DNA of 64,000 bases from Bacteroidota bacterium (GTDB taxonomy: Bacteria; Bacteroidota; Ignavibacteria; UBA10030): positions 111,144 to 175,143 of the forward strand of contig JALONQ010000004.1 in the NCBI GenBank assembly GCA_025454835.1, written 5' to 3'. The notes beneath the pieces were generated by a model that saw only the letters and a program-made list of their open reading frames with translations, had not been told where the DNA came from and did not search any database. The position numbers and the translations under genes are program-made. This document shows, piece by piece, positions 17,978-27,708 of the stretch. How positions within the stretch are numbered: the first letter of the stretch is position 1; each line of letters opens with the position of its first letter.

Positions 17978-19360
17978 CTACGAGGACGAGGTGATCTGCA
18001 GTTCTTCGATCTTGCGGTAGAGTGAGGACAGACTCATCCCGAGCGCCCGCGCCGTCTCATCTTTGTTCTGATGATGACGGCTCAGTGCCTGCTGGATGAA
18101 CATACGTTCGAAATCCTTGACAGCCTCTTTCAGCGGCTGGTCGCCGTACGCCACCGGGGCTGCCGGCGACGACCCGCTCCCTTCGGTCCACATCGACTCC
18201 GGCAGATGCTCCGGTCCGATGAACTCCGACTCACAGAAAATGGCCGCCCGTTCGACGGCATTCTGAAGCTCGCGCACCTCCCCCTTCCATTGATGACGAA
18301 GCAGCACGCGCATGGCGTCGTTCGTGAAGCCACGGATCGCCTTGCCGGCCTGCTTCGCGTACACCTCGAGAAAGAAGCTGGCCAGCAGCGGAATGTCGTC
18401 GGGCCGCGACGACAGGGGCGGGAGGTTCACTTCGACGACGTTGAGCCGGTAGAACAGGTCCTCGCGGAACTTGCCCGCCTCGACCTCCTTGCGCAGGTCC
18501 CGGTTCGTCGCCGCGATGATCCGCACATCCACTTTGATGAGATCCGTGGTGCCGACGGGCGTGATCTCCTTCTGTTCAAGGGCCCGGAGCAGCTTGACCT
18601 GCAGGTGGAGCGGGATCTCGCTGACCTCGTCGAGAAAGATCGTCCCTTCGTGCGCGACCTTCAGCATTCCTTCTTTGTCCGTCGTCGCGCCGGTGAACGA
18701 TCCTTTCTTGTGTCCGAACAACTCGCTTTCGAACAGCGTATCGACGATCGCGCCGCAATTGACCGGCACGAACCGCTTCGATGCACGGGCGCTGTTGAAA
18801 TGGATCGCCCGCGCGACGAGCTCCTTGCCGGTGCCGCTCTTGCCGGTGATGAGCACCGTGCCCTCGCTGCGCGCCACCTTTTCGATGACGCCGAAGACCT
18901 TCTTCATGGCCGAGCTCTGGCCGATGATCTGGTCGAAGTCGTACGTCCGCTGCAGCTCCTGGCGGAGGATCGCGTTCTCGAGGGCGAGCGCCCGGTAGTC
19001 CAGCAGCTTGCGGATACGGAGCAGCAGGTCGTCGAAGTTGATCGGCTTCAGGACGTAGTCCGACGCTCCCTGGCGCAGTGACGTGATGGCCGTCTCGACC
19101 GACCCGAAGGCCGTGATAATGACGACGAACGTCTCGGGCGATTCCTGGCGGATGGACCGGAGCAACTCCGTCCCCCGCATCTCGGGCATCTCGATGTCGG
19201 TAATGACGATGTCAAACGGTCGATCGCGATGCAGCTCGAGCGCGATGCGGCCGTTCGCCGCTTCGGCAACGACGAACCCTTCTTTCTGCAGGACGAAGGA
19301 CACCGATTCCCGGATGATCTGTTCGTCGTCGACGATGAGGATGCGTTGGGACATGGTCAC
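17978..19360 (-). CDS. sigma-54-dependent Fis-family response regulator (NtrC-like)
   Basis: It has a receiver (ILIVDDEQIIRE...DIVITDIEMPEMRG), a sigma-54 AAA+ domain (VLITGKSGTGKELVARAIH...ESELFGHKKGSFTGA) and a C-terminal Fis HTH. Confidence 0.9.
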   Translation of the reverse strand: MTMSQRILIVDDEQIIRESVSFVLQKEGFVVAEAANGRIALELHRDRPFDIVITDIEMPEMRGTELLRSIRQESPETFVVIITAFGSVETAITSLRQGASDYVLKPINFDDLLLRIRKLLDYRALALENAILRQELQRTYDFDQIIGQSSAMKKVFGVIEKVARSEGTVLITGKSGTGKELVARAIHFNSARASKRFVPVNCGAIVDTLFESELFGHKKGSFTGATTDKEGMLKVAHEGTIFLDEVSEIPLHLQVKLLRALEQKEITPVGTTDLIKVDVRIIAATNRDLRKEVEAGKFREDLFYRLNVVEVNLPPLSSRPDDIPLLASFFLEVYAKQAGKAIRGFTNDAMRVLLRHQWKGEVRELQNAVERAAIFCESEFIGPEHLPESMWTEGSGSSPAAPVAYGDQPLKEAVKDFERMFIQQALSRHHQNKDETARALGMSLSSLYRKIEELQITSSS

Positions 19361-19377
19361 ATTCGATAAAGGAGATC

Positions 19378-19492
19378 CGAGAAAGAAGCGTTACACGCAG
19401 CGACGCAGAGACCGCAGCGATCGCAGAGAAGAGATATGGGGGAGACCGTCCTTTCCATCTTTCCTCTGCGTCCACTGCGTCTCTGCGAGATT
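19378..19492. repeat. palindromic intergenic repeat element, CGCAGAG subfamily, in the NtrC-regulator 5' leader
   Basis: It is gaagcgttacacgcagcgacgcagagaccgcagcgatcgcagag ... ctctgcgtccactgcgtctctgcgag. The left arm is the reverse complement of the right arm. It shares the GAAGCGTTACAC head with the CACAGAG-subfamily copies at 25783 and 28527. Confidence 0.6.
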
Positions 19493-19508
19493 GCTTCTGG
19501 CATCATCG

Positions 19509-20948
19509 TCAGGTGTTTCGCGGGAGGCGGATGGTGAACAGGCTCCCCTCGCCGGGAATGCTTTCGACGAGAATGTCGCCGTTGAACGACTTCACGATGC
19601 CGTAACTGACCCACAAGCCGAGTCCGGTACCGCGACCCACTCCCTTGGTCGTGTAGAAAGGCTCGAAGATCTTGTCGACCTCGCCGGACGGAATGCCCTT
19701 GCCCGTGTCGCTGACGGCGATGTCGATGACGCTCTCGGCGCTCCGGCTCGACACGGTGATCGTGCCCGGCCTCCCCTCGAGCGCATCGACGGCGTTCATC
19801 AGGACGTTGATGAAGACCTGGACGATCTGGTCGGGGACGATACGGATGGCCGGCAGCTGGCCGTCGAGGTCGAGCGAAAAGGTGACGTCCTTCACCTTCT
19901 TCCCGTACTTGACGATGTTGAGCGCGTCGTTGAGGATCTGGTTGAGGTCCGTCGGCTTTGAGACGTGCGTGCTCGGACGCGAGAAGTCGACCAGATCCCG
20001 GATGATCTTGGCGATCCGATTGATCTGGCTGTTGATCAGCCCGAGCTTCTCGGTCGCGAACGGGTCCTGCACCGTGCGTTGGAGGACCTGCACAAGGGAC
20101 GAAATGGCCGTCAAGGGATTGCCCACTTCGTGCGCGATGCCGGCAGCGAGCGTACCGATGCTTTCCATCCGTTGCGACCGTACGAGCTGCTGCTCGAGGA
20201 TGATCTGCTCGGTGATGTCGCGGTGCGCGCCGAGGAAACCGACGACCTTGCCCCCCGCATCCATGATCGGCGAGATCACCAACTCGGTGTGGAACGGGGC
20301 TCCATCTTTCCGCCGATTCTCAACCCGGCCGGTCCAGAGCTTGCCACTGTTGATGTGCTTCCATACGCCTCCCCAGAATTCACGGGCGTGCTTGCCGCTC
20401 GAGAGCATTCGGGGGTTCTGTCCGAGAAGCTCCTCGCGCGTGTAGCCGCTGGCACGTTCGAACGCCGGGTTCACATACACCATCCGACCTGACGCGTCGG
20501 TGATCTGGATGGGGTTGATCGTGTGCTGGATGACGTTCGAGAACCGGAGCAGGTCCAGTTCCTTCTGCTTGTCGAGCGTGATGTCACGCCCGATGAGGAC
20601 CCGCACCTCACCCTTCGGTCCATGAAGCGGCTTGATCTCATACCGCATGTCGAGCACACCGCCATCGCTTCGGACGACCCTGACCTCCTCCGACGGTACG
20701 ACCTGCGCCATCGAGAGGGACCGAAGAACCTCGTCCGGCTGGCCCGGTGCTACCAACCGGTCGATCGTCGCGAGTTTGTCGCCGCGCCGGAGACCGAACA
20801 TTTCCCCGGCCTGGCGATTCCAGTCGATGATACGCCCGTTCTTCTCAAGGATGAGAATGATCTCGGGCATCAGGTCCATTACACGACCGTATGTGCTCAG
20901 ATATGCCGGCATCGTTATCAAGATACCGAAACATCGTCGCACGGGCAA
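19509..20948 (-). CDS. PAS-domain sensor histidine kinase
   Basis: Two PAS/PAC segments are followed by the H-box (AAGIAHEVGNPLTAISS) and a HATPase_c domain (N, G1, G2 motifs: NVLMNAVDA...DTGKGIP...GTGLGL). Confidence 0.85.
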   Translation of the reverse strand: MPVRRCFGILITMPAYLSTYGRVMDLMPEIILILEKNGRIIDWNRQAGEMFGLRRGDKLATIDRLVAPGQPDEVLRSLSMAQVVPSEEVRVVRSDGGVLDMRYEIKPLHGPKGEVRVLIGRDITLDKQKELDLLRFSNVIQHTINPIQITDASGRMVYVNPAFERASGYTREELLGQNPRMLSSGKHAREFWGGVWKHINSGKLWTGRVENRRKDGAPFHTELVISPIMDAGGKVVGFLGAHRDITEQIILEQQLVRSQRMESIGTLAAGIAHEVGNPLTAISSLVQVLQRTVQDPFATEKLGLINSQINRIAKIIRDLVDFSRPSTHVSKPTDLNQILNDALNIVKYGKKVKDVTFSLDLDGQLPAIRIVPDQIVQVFINVLMNAVDALEGRPGTITVSSRSAESVIDIAVSDTGKGIPSGEVDKIFEPFYTTKGVGRGTGLGLWVSYGIVKSFNGDILVESIPGEGSLFTIRLPRNT

Positions 20949-21119
20949 GAAACAGGAACGCCAGCCCGAGGCTCAAGAAGAGCTGGGACCGGCGTTCGGA
21001 GGCTGGCCAACGGGGAGGGAAAGGCCTGCCTGAGGATTGACGCCCCTCGACGAGGCTCGGGGCAAGAGTGTCGAAGGACGATTAACGAACAACCACACCC
21101 GCAGACCCTCGGGGGGCCC

Positions 21120-22055
21120 TTAGATGGTCACAGAACCTGAGATGCGCGGCATCGGCACTGGGGCGACCCTCGGGGCCAGTTCGCGCACGCGGTCAAGCTC
21201 CCGACGGAACTTGATGACCGCTTCGCCCTCTTCATCTCCATCCCACTCCATCGCGGCGCCGCCGGGATGCATGCGGAAGTACTGCCGCTCGAGACGGCCG
21301 TGCGGGAATTCATCGCTCTCCGTCACTTCGACGGTCAGAGTCTTCTTGACTCCCTTGCGTAGTACCTCCACCTCCATCTTGTCTCCTGCCTCCGCCTTTC
21401 TCAGCTCTTTGCTGATATCATCCACCTCCGAGACCGTCCGCTTGCCGATGCGAATGATCACGTCTCCGGCCTTGATCCCGGCCTTGTCGCCCGCCTTGTC
21501 CTTCTCCACTTCCTCGACCAATACGCCTTCATTGTTGGGCGCGCCAAAATACTCCCCGAGCTGTTTGTTCAGCGACTTGGCCGTCACGCCGAGGGTCGCG
21601 CCGTCGATGAAGACGTGGAACCCCGGAAAGGACGGGATCGCGATCGCATGCCCGAGCGACAGGGAGCTTTTTTCTGAACCGATGACGACTGTCAGGGTCT
21701 TGCGTGCACCGTCGCGATACAACACTATCTCGGACCTCGTTCCGGGAGCCGTGCGTGACACGAAACGTGACAGATCGTCCGGTTCGTAGATCGCCTTGCC
21801 CCCGAACGAGACAATGACATCGCCGCGCTTCAACCCGGCGGAATCGGCGGGGCTGTCGTCCACGACGTCGCCGATGTACGCCCCTTCGTCGTTGGGCAGC
21901 TTTTCGCGTTTCTGAATGCGTTCGGTGACGGTCTGAATCGAGACCCCCAGCCAGCCCTTCTTCTGCTTCGGCTTCTGATCCTCGCCCGATTGCGCGAGTC
22001 CGGCCGGGACCAGGATCAACGCCGCCAGCAGCAACAATGCGTAACGGTGTGACAT
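21120..22055 (-). CDS. secreted tandem-PDZ domain protein
   Basis: It has a signal peptide (MSHRYALLLLAALILVPAGLAQ) and two PDZ-like segments (GAYIGDVVDDSPADSAGLKRGDVIVSFGG; GVLVEEVEKDKAGDKAGIKAGDVIIRIG). The start is taken at the internal Met because the 466-aa ORF extension places the signal peptide internally. Confidence 0.7.
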   Translation of the reverse strand: MSHRYALLLLAALILVPAGLAQSGEDQKPKQKKGWLGVSIQTVTERIQKREKLPNDEGAYIGDVVDDSPADSAGLKRGDVIVSFGGKAIYEPDDLSRFVSRTAPGTRSEIVLYRDGARKTLTVVIGSEKSSLSLGHAIAIPSFPGFHVFIDGATLGVTAKSLNKQLGEYFGAPNNEGVLVEEVEKDKAGDKAGIKAGDVIIRIGKRTVSEVDDISKELRKAEAGDKMEVEVLRKGVKKTLTVEVTESDEFPHGRLERQYFRMHPGGAAMEWDGDEEGEAVIKFRRELDRVRELAPRVAPVPMPRISGSVTI

Positions 22056-22310
22056 GCGGACCTCCTGATGATGGGAATTGGATGACGGCGCGGTGGGGGA
22101 ACGCCATGGTCGCTTCGGCTGACTTCGGCGGACCGGCCATGGGGGCAGCTGATCGAACGTTCCTCGACGGCACAGGATGGTAGACGAAGGCGCTGGGCCG
22201 GGGGTTCCACGCCGCCGGATGCCTTGAGTCTTCCTCGATTTTTGACGTAGTTTCAGCGGGGTTCCGGGCGAGCCCCGATTCGTTCGCTTCATCGATCGAC
22301 CCCCGTCCCC

Positions 22311-23489
22311 ATGGACGACTCCTCCTCCCTCTTCCCTCACGACCTGCCGGACCAGTTCGGCGCGCGCTTCGGACGTCCGCCCGAAGTGATCGCATCGGCC
22401 CCGGGACGCGTGAACCTCATCGGCGAGCACACCGACTACAATGAGGGTTTCGTGTTGCCCGTTGCCATCGACCGCCGCACCTGGGTGGCCATGGCCGCTC
22501 GGGAGGACGGCCGTCTCCATTTTCGATCAGAGACGACGAACGAGGATGTCGAGATCGGGCTCCAGGATGCTGACCATCATCGCCGCAAAGGGTGGTCGTC
22601 TTATCCTGCCGGGATCGTCGCGCTCCTTCGCCAGCAGGGCGTGCCGGTCGGAGGCATGGACGTGCTCATCTCGAGCACCGTCCCGCTCGGCACCGGGCTC
22701 AGTTCGTCGGCGGCCTTGGAGGTCTCGATGGCAACTGGGACGCTTGCGCTCGCCGGGAGTTCCCTGCCGTCGCAGGAACTCGTCCGCCTCTGCCAGCGGG
22801 CAGAGTGGGACTGGGCCGGCGTGCAGTGCGGCATCATGGACCAAACGATCGCCGTCTCGGGAAAATCGCGCGCGGCGCTCTTGATCGATTGCCGCACACT
22901 CGACACCGAGACCGTGCCGCTCGATCCAAGCCTTCAGCTTGTCGTCTGCGACACGGGCATGCCCCGGACGCTGGCGACGTCCGAGTACAACAAACGCCGG
23001 GGTGAATGCGACCAAGCCGTGCGCGAGCTCGGGCGCCATGCAGCCGGGCTGACGTCGCTCCGGGACGTGACGCAGGAGCAGCTCTCGTTATTCGGCCGTC
23101 ACCTCTCCGAGACCCCCCTTCGCCGCGCACGACACGTGGTCACGGAGAACGAGCGTGTCCTGCAAGCCGTCGACGCGCTCTGGCTGCGTGATCACCGTTC
23201 GCTCGGAAAGCTGCTGGGGGCTTCGCATGCCAGTCTGAGAGATGACTACCAGGTGAGCTGCGCTGAACTCGACGTCATGGTCGCCATCTGCCAATCGGTG
23301 CCGGGCGTGTGTGGCGCCCGCATGACCGGAGCCGGGTTCGGCGGTTGCGCGTTGGCTCTCGCCACGCCCGGTGCGGTCGGCGCATTGACAGAGGCCGTCA
23401 TGAGCCGGTATCCGCAACACACCGGCCGCACACCGTCGGTCGTCACCTGCACGGTGGGCGACGGGACCCGTGCGGTACGCGTCGGATGA
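22311..23489 (+). CDS. galK: galactokinase
   Basis: The galactokinase signature GRVNLIGEHTDYNEG and the GHMP kinase ATP motif (PLGTGLSSSAALEV) are present. Confidence 0.9.
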   Translation: MDDSSSLFPHDLPDQFGARFGRPPEVIASAPGRVNLIGEHTDYNEGFVLPVAIDRRTWVAMAAREDGRLHFRSETTNEDVEIGLQDADHHRRKGWSSYPAGIVALLRQQGVPVGGMDVLISSTVPLGTGLSSSAALEVSMATGTLALAGSSLPSQELVRLCQRAEWDWAGVQCGIMDQTIAVSGKSRAALLIDCRTLDTETVPLDPSLQLVVCDTGMPRTLATSEYNKRRGECDQAVRELGRHAAGLTSLRDVTQEQLSLFGRHLSETPLRRARHVVTENERVLQAVDALWLRDHRSLGKLLGASHASLRDDYQVSCAELDVMVAICQSVPGVCGARMTGAGFGGCALALATPGAVGALTEAVMSRYPQHTGRTPSVVTCTVGDGTRAVRVG

Positions 23490-23514
23490 CGGCCCCGAAC
23501 TTACTTTTCTCGCA

Positions 23515-25779
23515 ATGAAGTTCCTCGCCCATCTCATCATCGGCACGCTTGCCGCCGCTGCTGCCGCGGCTCAGCCCGTGACGCTCCGGCTGGTGAACTG
23601 GGCCACGCCGGAGGAGATGGATCTGGACCGGAAGGCCATTGTGCTTTTCGAGGAACGCCATTCTGGCATTCGGGTCCTTTACGAACCGAACCCCGGACGG
23701 CAATACGAAGAGAAGATCCTCACCGCGCTGGCCGCCGGAGCGCCTCCCGACGTCTTTCTGCTCGATTCGAAGCTCATCCCAACCTTCACGAACAAAAGGG
23801 TCCTGCTCGACCTGACGCCGTACATCGGTCCACTCGGCATCGACACGACGCAGTGGTTTCCGAATGTCCTCGCGATCGGCCGACGCAACGGCGGGCTCTA
23901 CGCGTTTCCGAAGGGTTTCACGCCGCTCATGATGTTCTACAACCGCGCGCTCTTCCGGGAAGCGGGGATCGCGGAGCCGACACCATCGTGGACATGGGGA
24001 GATCATCGCCGGATCGCCGCGTCGCTCACCCGTGATCGCGACGGCGACGGAACGCCCGACCAATACGGCACGTCGTTCACGAACTACTACTACTTCTGGA
24101 TCGTCTGGGTCTGGAGCGCGGGGGGCGATGTTGTGACCGAGGACGGACTGCGTGCGACCGGTGCGCTGACGTCGGCGGCGACGGAGGAGGCGATCACATT
24201 CCTTACGGACCAGCGGACGCGCGACCGGGTGGCGCCCGACGTCGGCAGTTGGGTGCAGTCGGAGCGGACCGGCACGAATGCACAGCTCTTCGCCAACGGC
24301 CGTGTGGCGATGAGTCTGGATGGTCATTGGCGGTTGCCGACCTACGCGCGATATGTGCGCGAGGGGAAGCTCGACCTGGGCGTTGCACCGTTGCCGCTGC
24401 ATCCGAGCGGCCGGAAGGTGAACGTCATGTACCAGAGCGGATGGTGCGTACCTGTCGGCGCGTCGCATCCGCGTGAGGCGGCGATGCTTGCGGCGTTCAT
24501 GGCCGGGCCGGAGGCGGCGCGGATCCGCTCGTCACAGCATCTGGAGATCCCGGCCGTGCGGTCCGTTGCGGAGGAGATCGTCGCAATCGACCCATACGGC
24601 TGGGAGCGCCCGTTCGTGGAGGAAGTGCCGTTCTGCCGTCAGCCATGGGGTTCGGTCATCGAGCGGTTCAGCGAGATCGAGTGGACGCTGCAGGACGCGG
24701 TCGACGACGTCGTCTTGAACGGCGTGCCGGTCAACCAAGCGCTCGCGAAGGCGGCGCTCAAAGTGGACCGGCAGTTGGAGGAGATCAGGTCGCACGCGGC
24801 GTTCACGTTTGCGCCCATCGAAGAGCATTCGGAGATCTTACAGACGCTGGCGGCCGTGGCGGCGGCGGTGGCGGGGGCAATGTTCCTTCTCTATAGAAGA
24901 GCGCGGCGCAGGGACCGGCCGGCGGCCTTGCGGTCCATCGGATTTCTGGCGCCTTCGCTCATTCATCTGACCGTCTTCCTCGCCACGCCGATGGTCTTCT
25001 CGGCGTATCTCAGCCTCCACCGCTGGGACCTCGTCGTACCCGACACGCCGTTCGTCGGGCTCGAGAACTTCGTCGTGATGTTCGGCGACGAGAGCTTCTG
25101 GAATGCTCTGCGGAACACGCTTCTGTTCTCTCTGAACGTTCCATTCGGTCTGGCGTTGGCCCTGGGCGTCGCTTTGTTGTTGCATCGGCGCTTCACCGGC
25201 GTGGCGGTCCTCCGGACCATCTACTTCCTTCCGAGCGTCACGTCGTTCGTGGCCATTGCCCTCGTGTGGATGTGGATCTACCATCCGACCTTTGGCGCGG
25301 CCAACTATCTCCTGTCGCTCCTCGGCCTGCCGCCGATTCCCTGGCTCAACTCCACGCAGACGGCGATGCTGAGCGTCGTCATCTTTACGATCTGGCTGGG
25401 GATGGGCTACCAGATGGTGGTCTTCCTGGCGGGACTGCAGGGCATTCCCGAGGAGTACTACGAAGCGGCCCGCATGGACGGAGCCACGGCGTGGCAGCGG
25501 TTCCGGCGCGTGACGTTTCCGTTGCTGATGCCGACGACGTTCTTCCTGCTCATCACCTCGCTCATCTCGTCGTTCCAGGCCTTCACGTCGATCTACGTCA
25601 TGACGGCCGGCGGGCCCGTGGGAAGCACCGACGTGATCGTCTACCATATCTACCAAGCGGCGTGGGAGCAACTGCGGATGGGGTACGCGTCGGCGATGGC
25701 GTGGGTGTTGTTCGTGCTGATCCTGGCGGCGACCTGGGTGCAGTTCCGGTTGGTGGGGAGGGGTGTGGAGTACTCTTAG
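23515..25779 (+). CDS. carbohydrate ABC transporter substrate-binding protein fused to permease (MalE/UgpB-like + MalF/UgpA-like)
   Basis: The N-terminal ~430 aa is a periplasmic sugar-binding domain with a signal peptide (MKFLAHLIIGTLAAAAAAAQ). The C-terminal ~300 aa is a six-TM permease with the EAA loop (EAARMDGATAWQRFRRVTFPLL). The whole is one continuous frame. The ORF-track start at 23470 uses GTG; 23515 is the ATG. Confidence 0.8.
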   Translation: MKFLAHLIIGTLAAAAAAAQPVTLRLVNWATPEEMDLDRKAIVLFEERHSGIRVLYEPNPGRQYEEKILTALAAGAPPDVFLLDSKLIPTFTNKRVLLDLTPYIGPLGIDTTQWFPNVLAIGRRNGGLYAFPKGFTPLMMFYNRALFREAGIAEPTPSWTWGDHRRIAASLTRDRDGDGTPDQYGTSFTNYYYFWIVWVWSAGGDVVTEDGLRATGALTSAATEEAITFLTDQRTRDRVAPDVGSWVQSERTGTNAQLFANGRVAMSLDGHWRLPTYARYVREGKLDLGVAPLPLHPSGRKVNVMYQSGWCVPVGASHPREAAMLAAFMAGPEAARIRSSQHLEIPAVRSVAEEIVAIDPYGWERPFVEEVPFCRQPWGSVIERFSEIEWTLQDAVDDVVLNGVPVNQALAKAALKVDRQLEEIRSHAAFTFAPIEEHSEILQTLAAVAAAVAGAMFLLYRRARRRDRPAALRSIGFLAPSLIHLTVFLATPMVFSAYLSLHRWDLVVPDTPFVGLENFVVMFGDESFWNALRNTLLFSLNVPFGLALALGVALLLHRRFTGVAVLRTIYFLPSVTSFVAIALVWMWIYHPTFGAANYLLSLLGLPPIPWLNSTQTAMLSVVIFTIWLGMGYQMVVFLAGLQGIPEEYYEAARMDGATAWQRFRRVTFPLLMPTTFFLLITSLISSFQAFTSIYVMTAGGPVGSTDVIVYHIYQAAWEQLRMGYASAMAWVLFVLILAATWVQFRLVGRGVEYS

Positions 25780-25782
25780 CGG

Positions 25783-25850
25783 GAGAAGCGTTACACAGAG
25801 ATCCACCGAGCTTTCACAGAGGTCTACAGAGCGCGTGACGATGTGAAGTG
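25783..25850. repeat. palindromic repeat element, CACAGAG subfamily (partial copy)
   Basis: gaagcgttacacagagatccaccgagctttcacagaggtctacagagcgcgtgacg. Confidence 0.5.
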
Positions 25851-25907
25851 GGACTTTGTCTGAACTTTGGTACTTTGTAAGCAGTCACTTTTTCAAGTAG
25901 GGGGGAT

Positions 25908-26288
25908 ATGACAACGCAACGAGATCCGCTGACCCATTCGATTATTGGTTGCGCAATCGAGGTGCATCGCGTGCTCGGACCTGGCCTGTTGGAATCGGCA
26001 TACGAAGCGTGCCTGATTCATGAGCTCACTCGGCAAGGCCTACCAGTTGACCGTCAGGTATCGGTGCCAGTTGAATTCAAGGGCATGGTGCTCGACTGCG
26101 GCTAGCGCTTGGACGTGCTTGTGGATGACTCCGTCATCATCGAGATCAAAGCGATCGATTTACTGCTTCCAGTGCACACGGCCCAACTGCTCACATATAT
26201 GCGCTTCGCCAAAAAGCGCGTCGGACTCCTGCTCAATTTCAACGCACCGTCCCTCCGCCAAGGGCTCAAAAGGTTCGTCATGTAACTC
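25908..26288 (+). pseudogene. GxxExxY-family (PD-(D/E)xK-like) gene interrupted by an in-frame TAG at 26103-26105
   Basis: The ORF reads MTTQRDPLTHSIIGCAIEVHRVLGPGLLESAYEACLIHELTRQGLPVDRQVSVPVEFKGMVLDCG*. The same frame then continues as [46 protein letters not shown].... The TAG sits where the family has a conserved Tyr (..DCGYRLDLLV..), consistent with TAY to TAG. TAG is used as a real stop elsewhere, for example at the end of the SBP-permease gene. Confidence 0.6.
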
Positions 26289-26335
26289 TGTGGGTCTCTG
26301 TGCCCGCTCTGTGGAACTCTGTGCCACGCTTCTCA
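26283..26335. repeat. palindromic repeat element, CACAGAG subfamily (right-arm copy) in the pfk leader
   Basis: ctctgtgggtctctgtgcccgctctgtggaactctgtgccacgcttctc, ending in the CGCTTC terminal inverted-repeat half. Confidence 0.55.
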
Positions 26336-26357
26336 TTCGTCGACCTGGAGAACCTAC

Positions 26358-27461
26358 GTGTCCACCATCAAGAAGATCGCCATCAGTACCGGTGGCGGTG
26401 ATGCACCGGGCTTGAACGCTGTCATCCGTGCGGCCGTTATTGCCGCCATCAATCGGGGATGGGAGGTCGTCGGGATCCGCGACGGTTACAACGGCATCCT
26501 TTTGCCCAAGCAGTATCCGCAGGGCGGGGTCTTTGCGCTCACGCGACGCGAGGTCAGGGGTATCACGCATCTGGGCGGCACCATCCTCGGCACGACAAAC
26601 AAGGGCAATCCGATGAACTATCCCGTCCAGCAGCCGGACGGGACCTTCAAAGAGACGGACCGGACCGGCGAGTTGGTCGACGGCATGAGAAAGCAGGGCA
26701 TCGACGCGCTCATCAGCATCGGCGGCGACGGCTCGCTGACGATCGCGAACGCCATCGCCCAGAAGGGCATGAAGGTCGTCGGGGTCCCCAAAACGATCGA
26801 CAACGATCTGGACCGTACCGTCATGACCTTCGGCTTCGACACAGCCGTGTCGTTCGCCACGGAATGCATCGACCGGCTGCACTCGACGGCCGAATCGCAT
26901 CGGCGCGTCATGGTGGTGGAAGTGATGGGACGGTATGCCGGGTGGATCGCCCTGAACTCCGGCATCTCGGGAACGGCCGACGCCATTCTGATCCCGGAGA
27001 TCCCGTATGACATCGAAAAGGTGGCCGACAAGATCCGGGCGCGGGAAAAGGGGGGATCTCACTTCTCCATTGTCGTTGTGGCCGAGGGGGCCATGGCCAA
27101 AGGTGGTTCTCGGGCGGTCATCGGCAACGAGGTCGGCCGTCTGGAACGCCTCGGCGGGGCCGGTGAACGGGTGGCCAAAGAACTGCAGGCGGCCACCGGC
27201 AAGGAGAGTCGGTGCGTCGTGCTGGGCCATCTCCTCCGCGGCGGGTCGCCGACGACCTTCGACCGGCTGATCTCGCTCCGGTTCGGCGCGGCCGCCGTGC
27301 GAGCGCTGGATGAAGGCCAGTCGGGCGTGATGGTGGCACTCGACCCTCCGGCCGTTCGGTATGTGCCGTTGTCCGAGGCCACGCATCGCATGAAAGTGGT
27401 CCCGCTGGATTGCGATACCATCTTGACCGGGAGAGATCTCGGGGTGTGCTTCGGGGATTGA
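26358..27461 (+). CDS. pfkA: 6-phosphofructokinase
   Basis: PFK family motifs are present (GGDAPGLNAVIRA; ISIGGDGSL; PKTIDNDL; MGRYAGWIAL). Confidence 0.9.
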   Translation: MSTIKKIAISTGGGDAPGLNAVIRAAVIAAINRGWEVVGIRDGYNGILLPKQYPQGGVFALTRREVRGITHLGGTILGTTNKGNPMNYPVQQPDGTFKETDRTGELVDGMRKQGIDALISIGGDGSLTIANAIAQKGMKVVGVPKTIDNDLDRTVMTFGFDTAVSFATECIDRLHSTAESHRRVMVVEVMGRYAGWIALNSGISGTADAILIPEIPYDIEKVADKIRAREKGGSHFSIVVVAEGAMAKGGSRAVIGNEVGRLERLGGAGERVAKELQAATGKESRCVVLGHLLRGGSPTTFDRLISLRFGAAAVRALDEGQSGVMVALDPPAVRYVPLSEATHRMKVVPLDCDTILTGRDLGVCFGD

Positions 27462-27700
27462 AAGAAGCGGGACACAGAGATCCACAGAGGAAAAGAGGAG
27501 TTCCGCCGAGAACATGTACCGTTTTTCTCTGTGGGTCTCTGTGCTACTCTGTGTAGCTCTGTGACATGTTTCTCTTCGCTGTGATCAGACGAAGCGGGAC
27601 ACAGAGTTCCACAGAGGAAAAGAGAAGTTCCACGAAGGAAGATATGAATCGCTCTGTGGATCTCTGTGCGGTCTCTGTGGGTCTCTGTGTCATGTTCCTA
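27461..27700. repeat. two tandem full-length palindromic repeat elements, CACAGAG subfamily
   Basis: Copy 1 is gaagcgggacacagagatccacagaggaaaagaggagttccgccgagaac...ctctgtgggtctctgtgctactctgtgtagctctgtgacatgtttctcttcgc. Copy 2 is gaagcgggacacagagttccacagaggaaaagagaagttccacgaaggaag...ctctgtggatctctgtgcggtctctgtgggtctctgtgtcatg. CACAGAGTTCCACAGAG is the reverse complement of CTCTGTGGAACTCTGTG. Confidence 0.7.
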
Positions 27701-27708
27701 ACTGGGGC

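Noticed and set aside
21120-22520. Full 466-aa ORF as the PDZ protein
   Set aside because: The N-terminal 155 residues are Arg/Pro/Gly-rich. They place an obvious signal peptide (MSHRYALLLLAALILVPAGLA) in the middle of the protein. The start was reassigned to 22055.
24838-25806. 322-aa minus-strand ORF antisense to the ABC permease region
   Set aside because: It is antisense to a well-supported permease. It is extremely Arg/His/Glu-rich.
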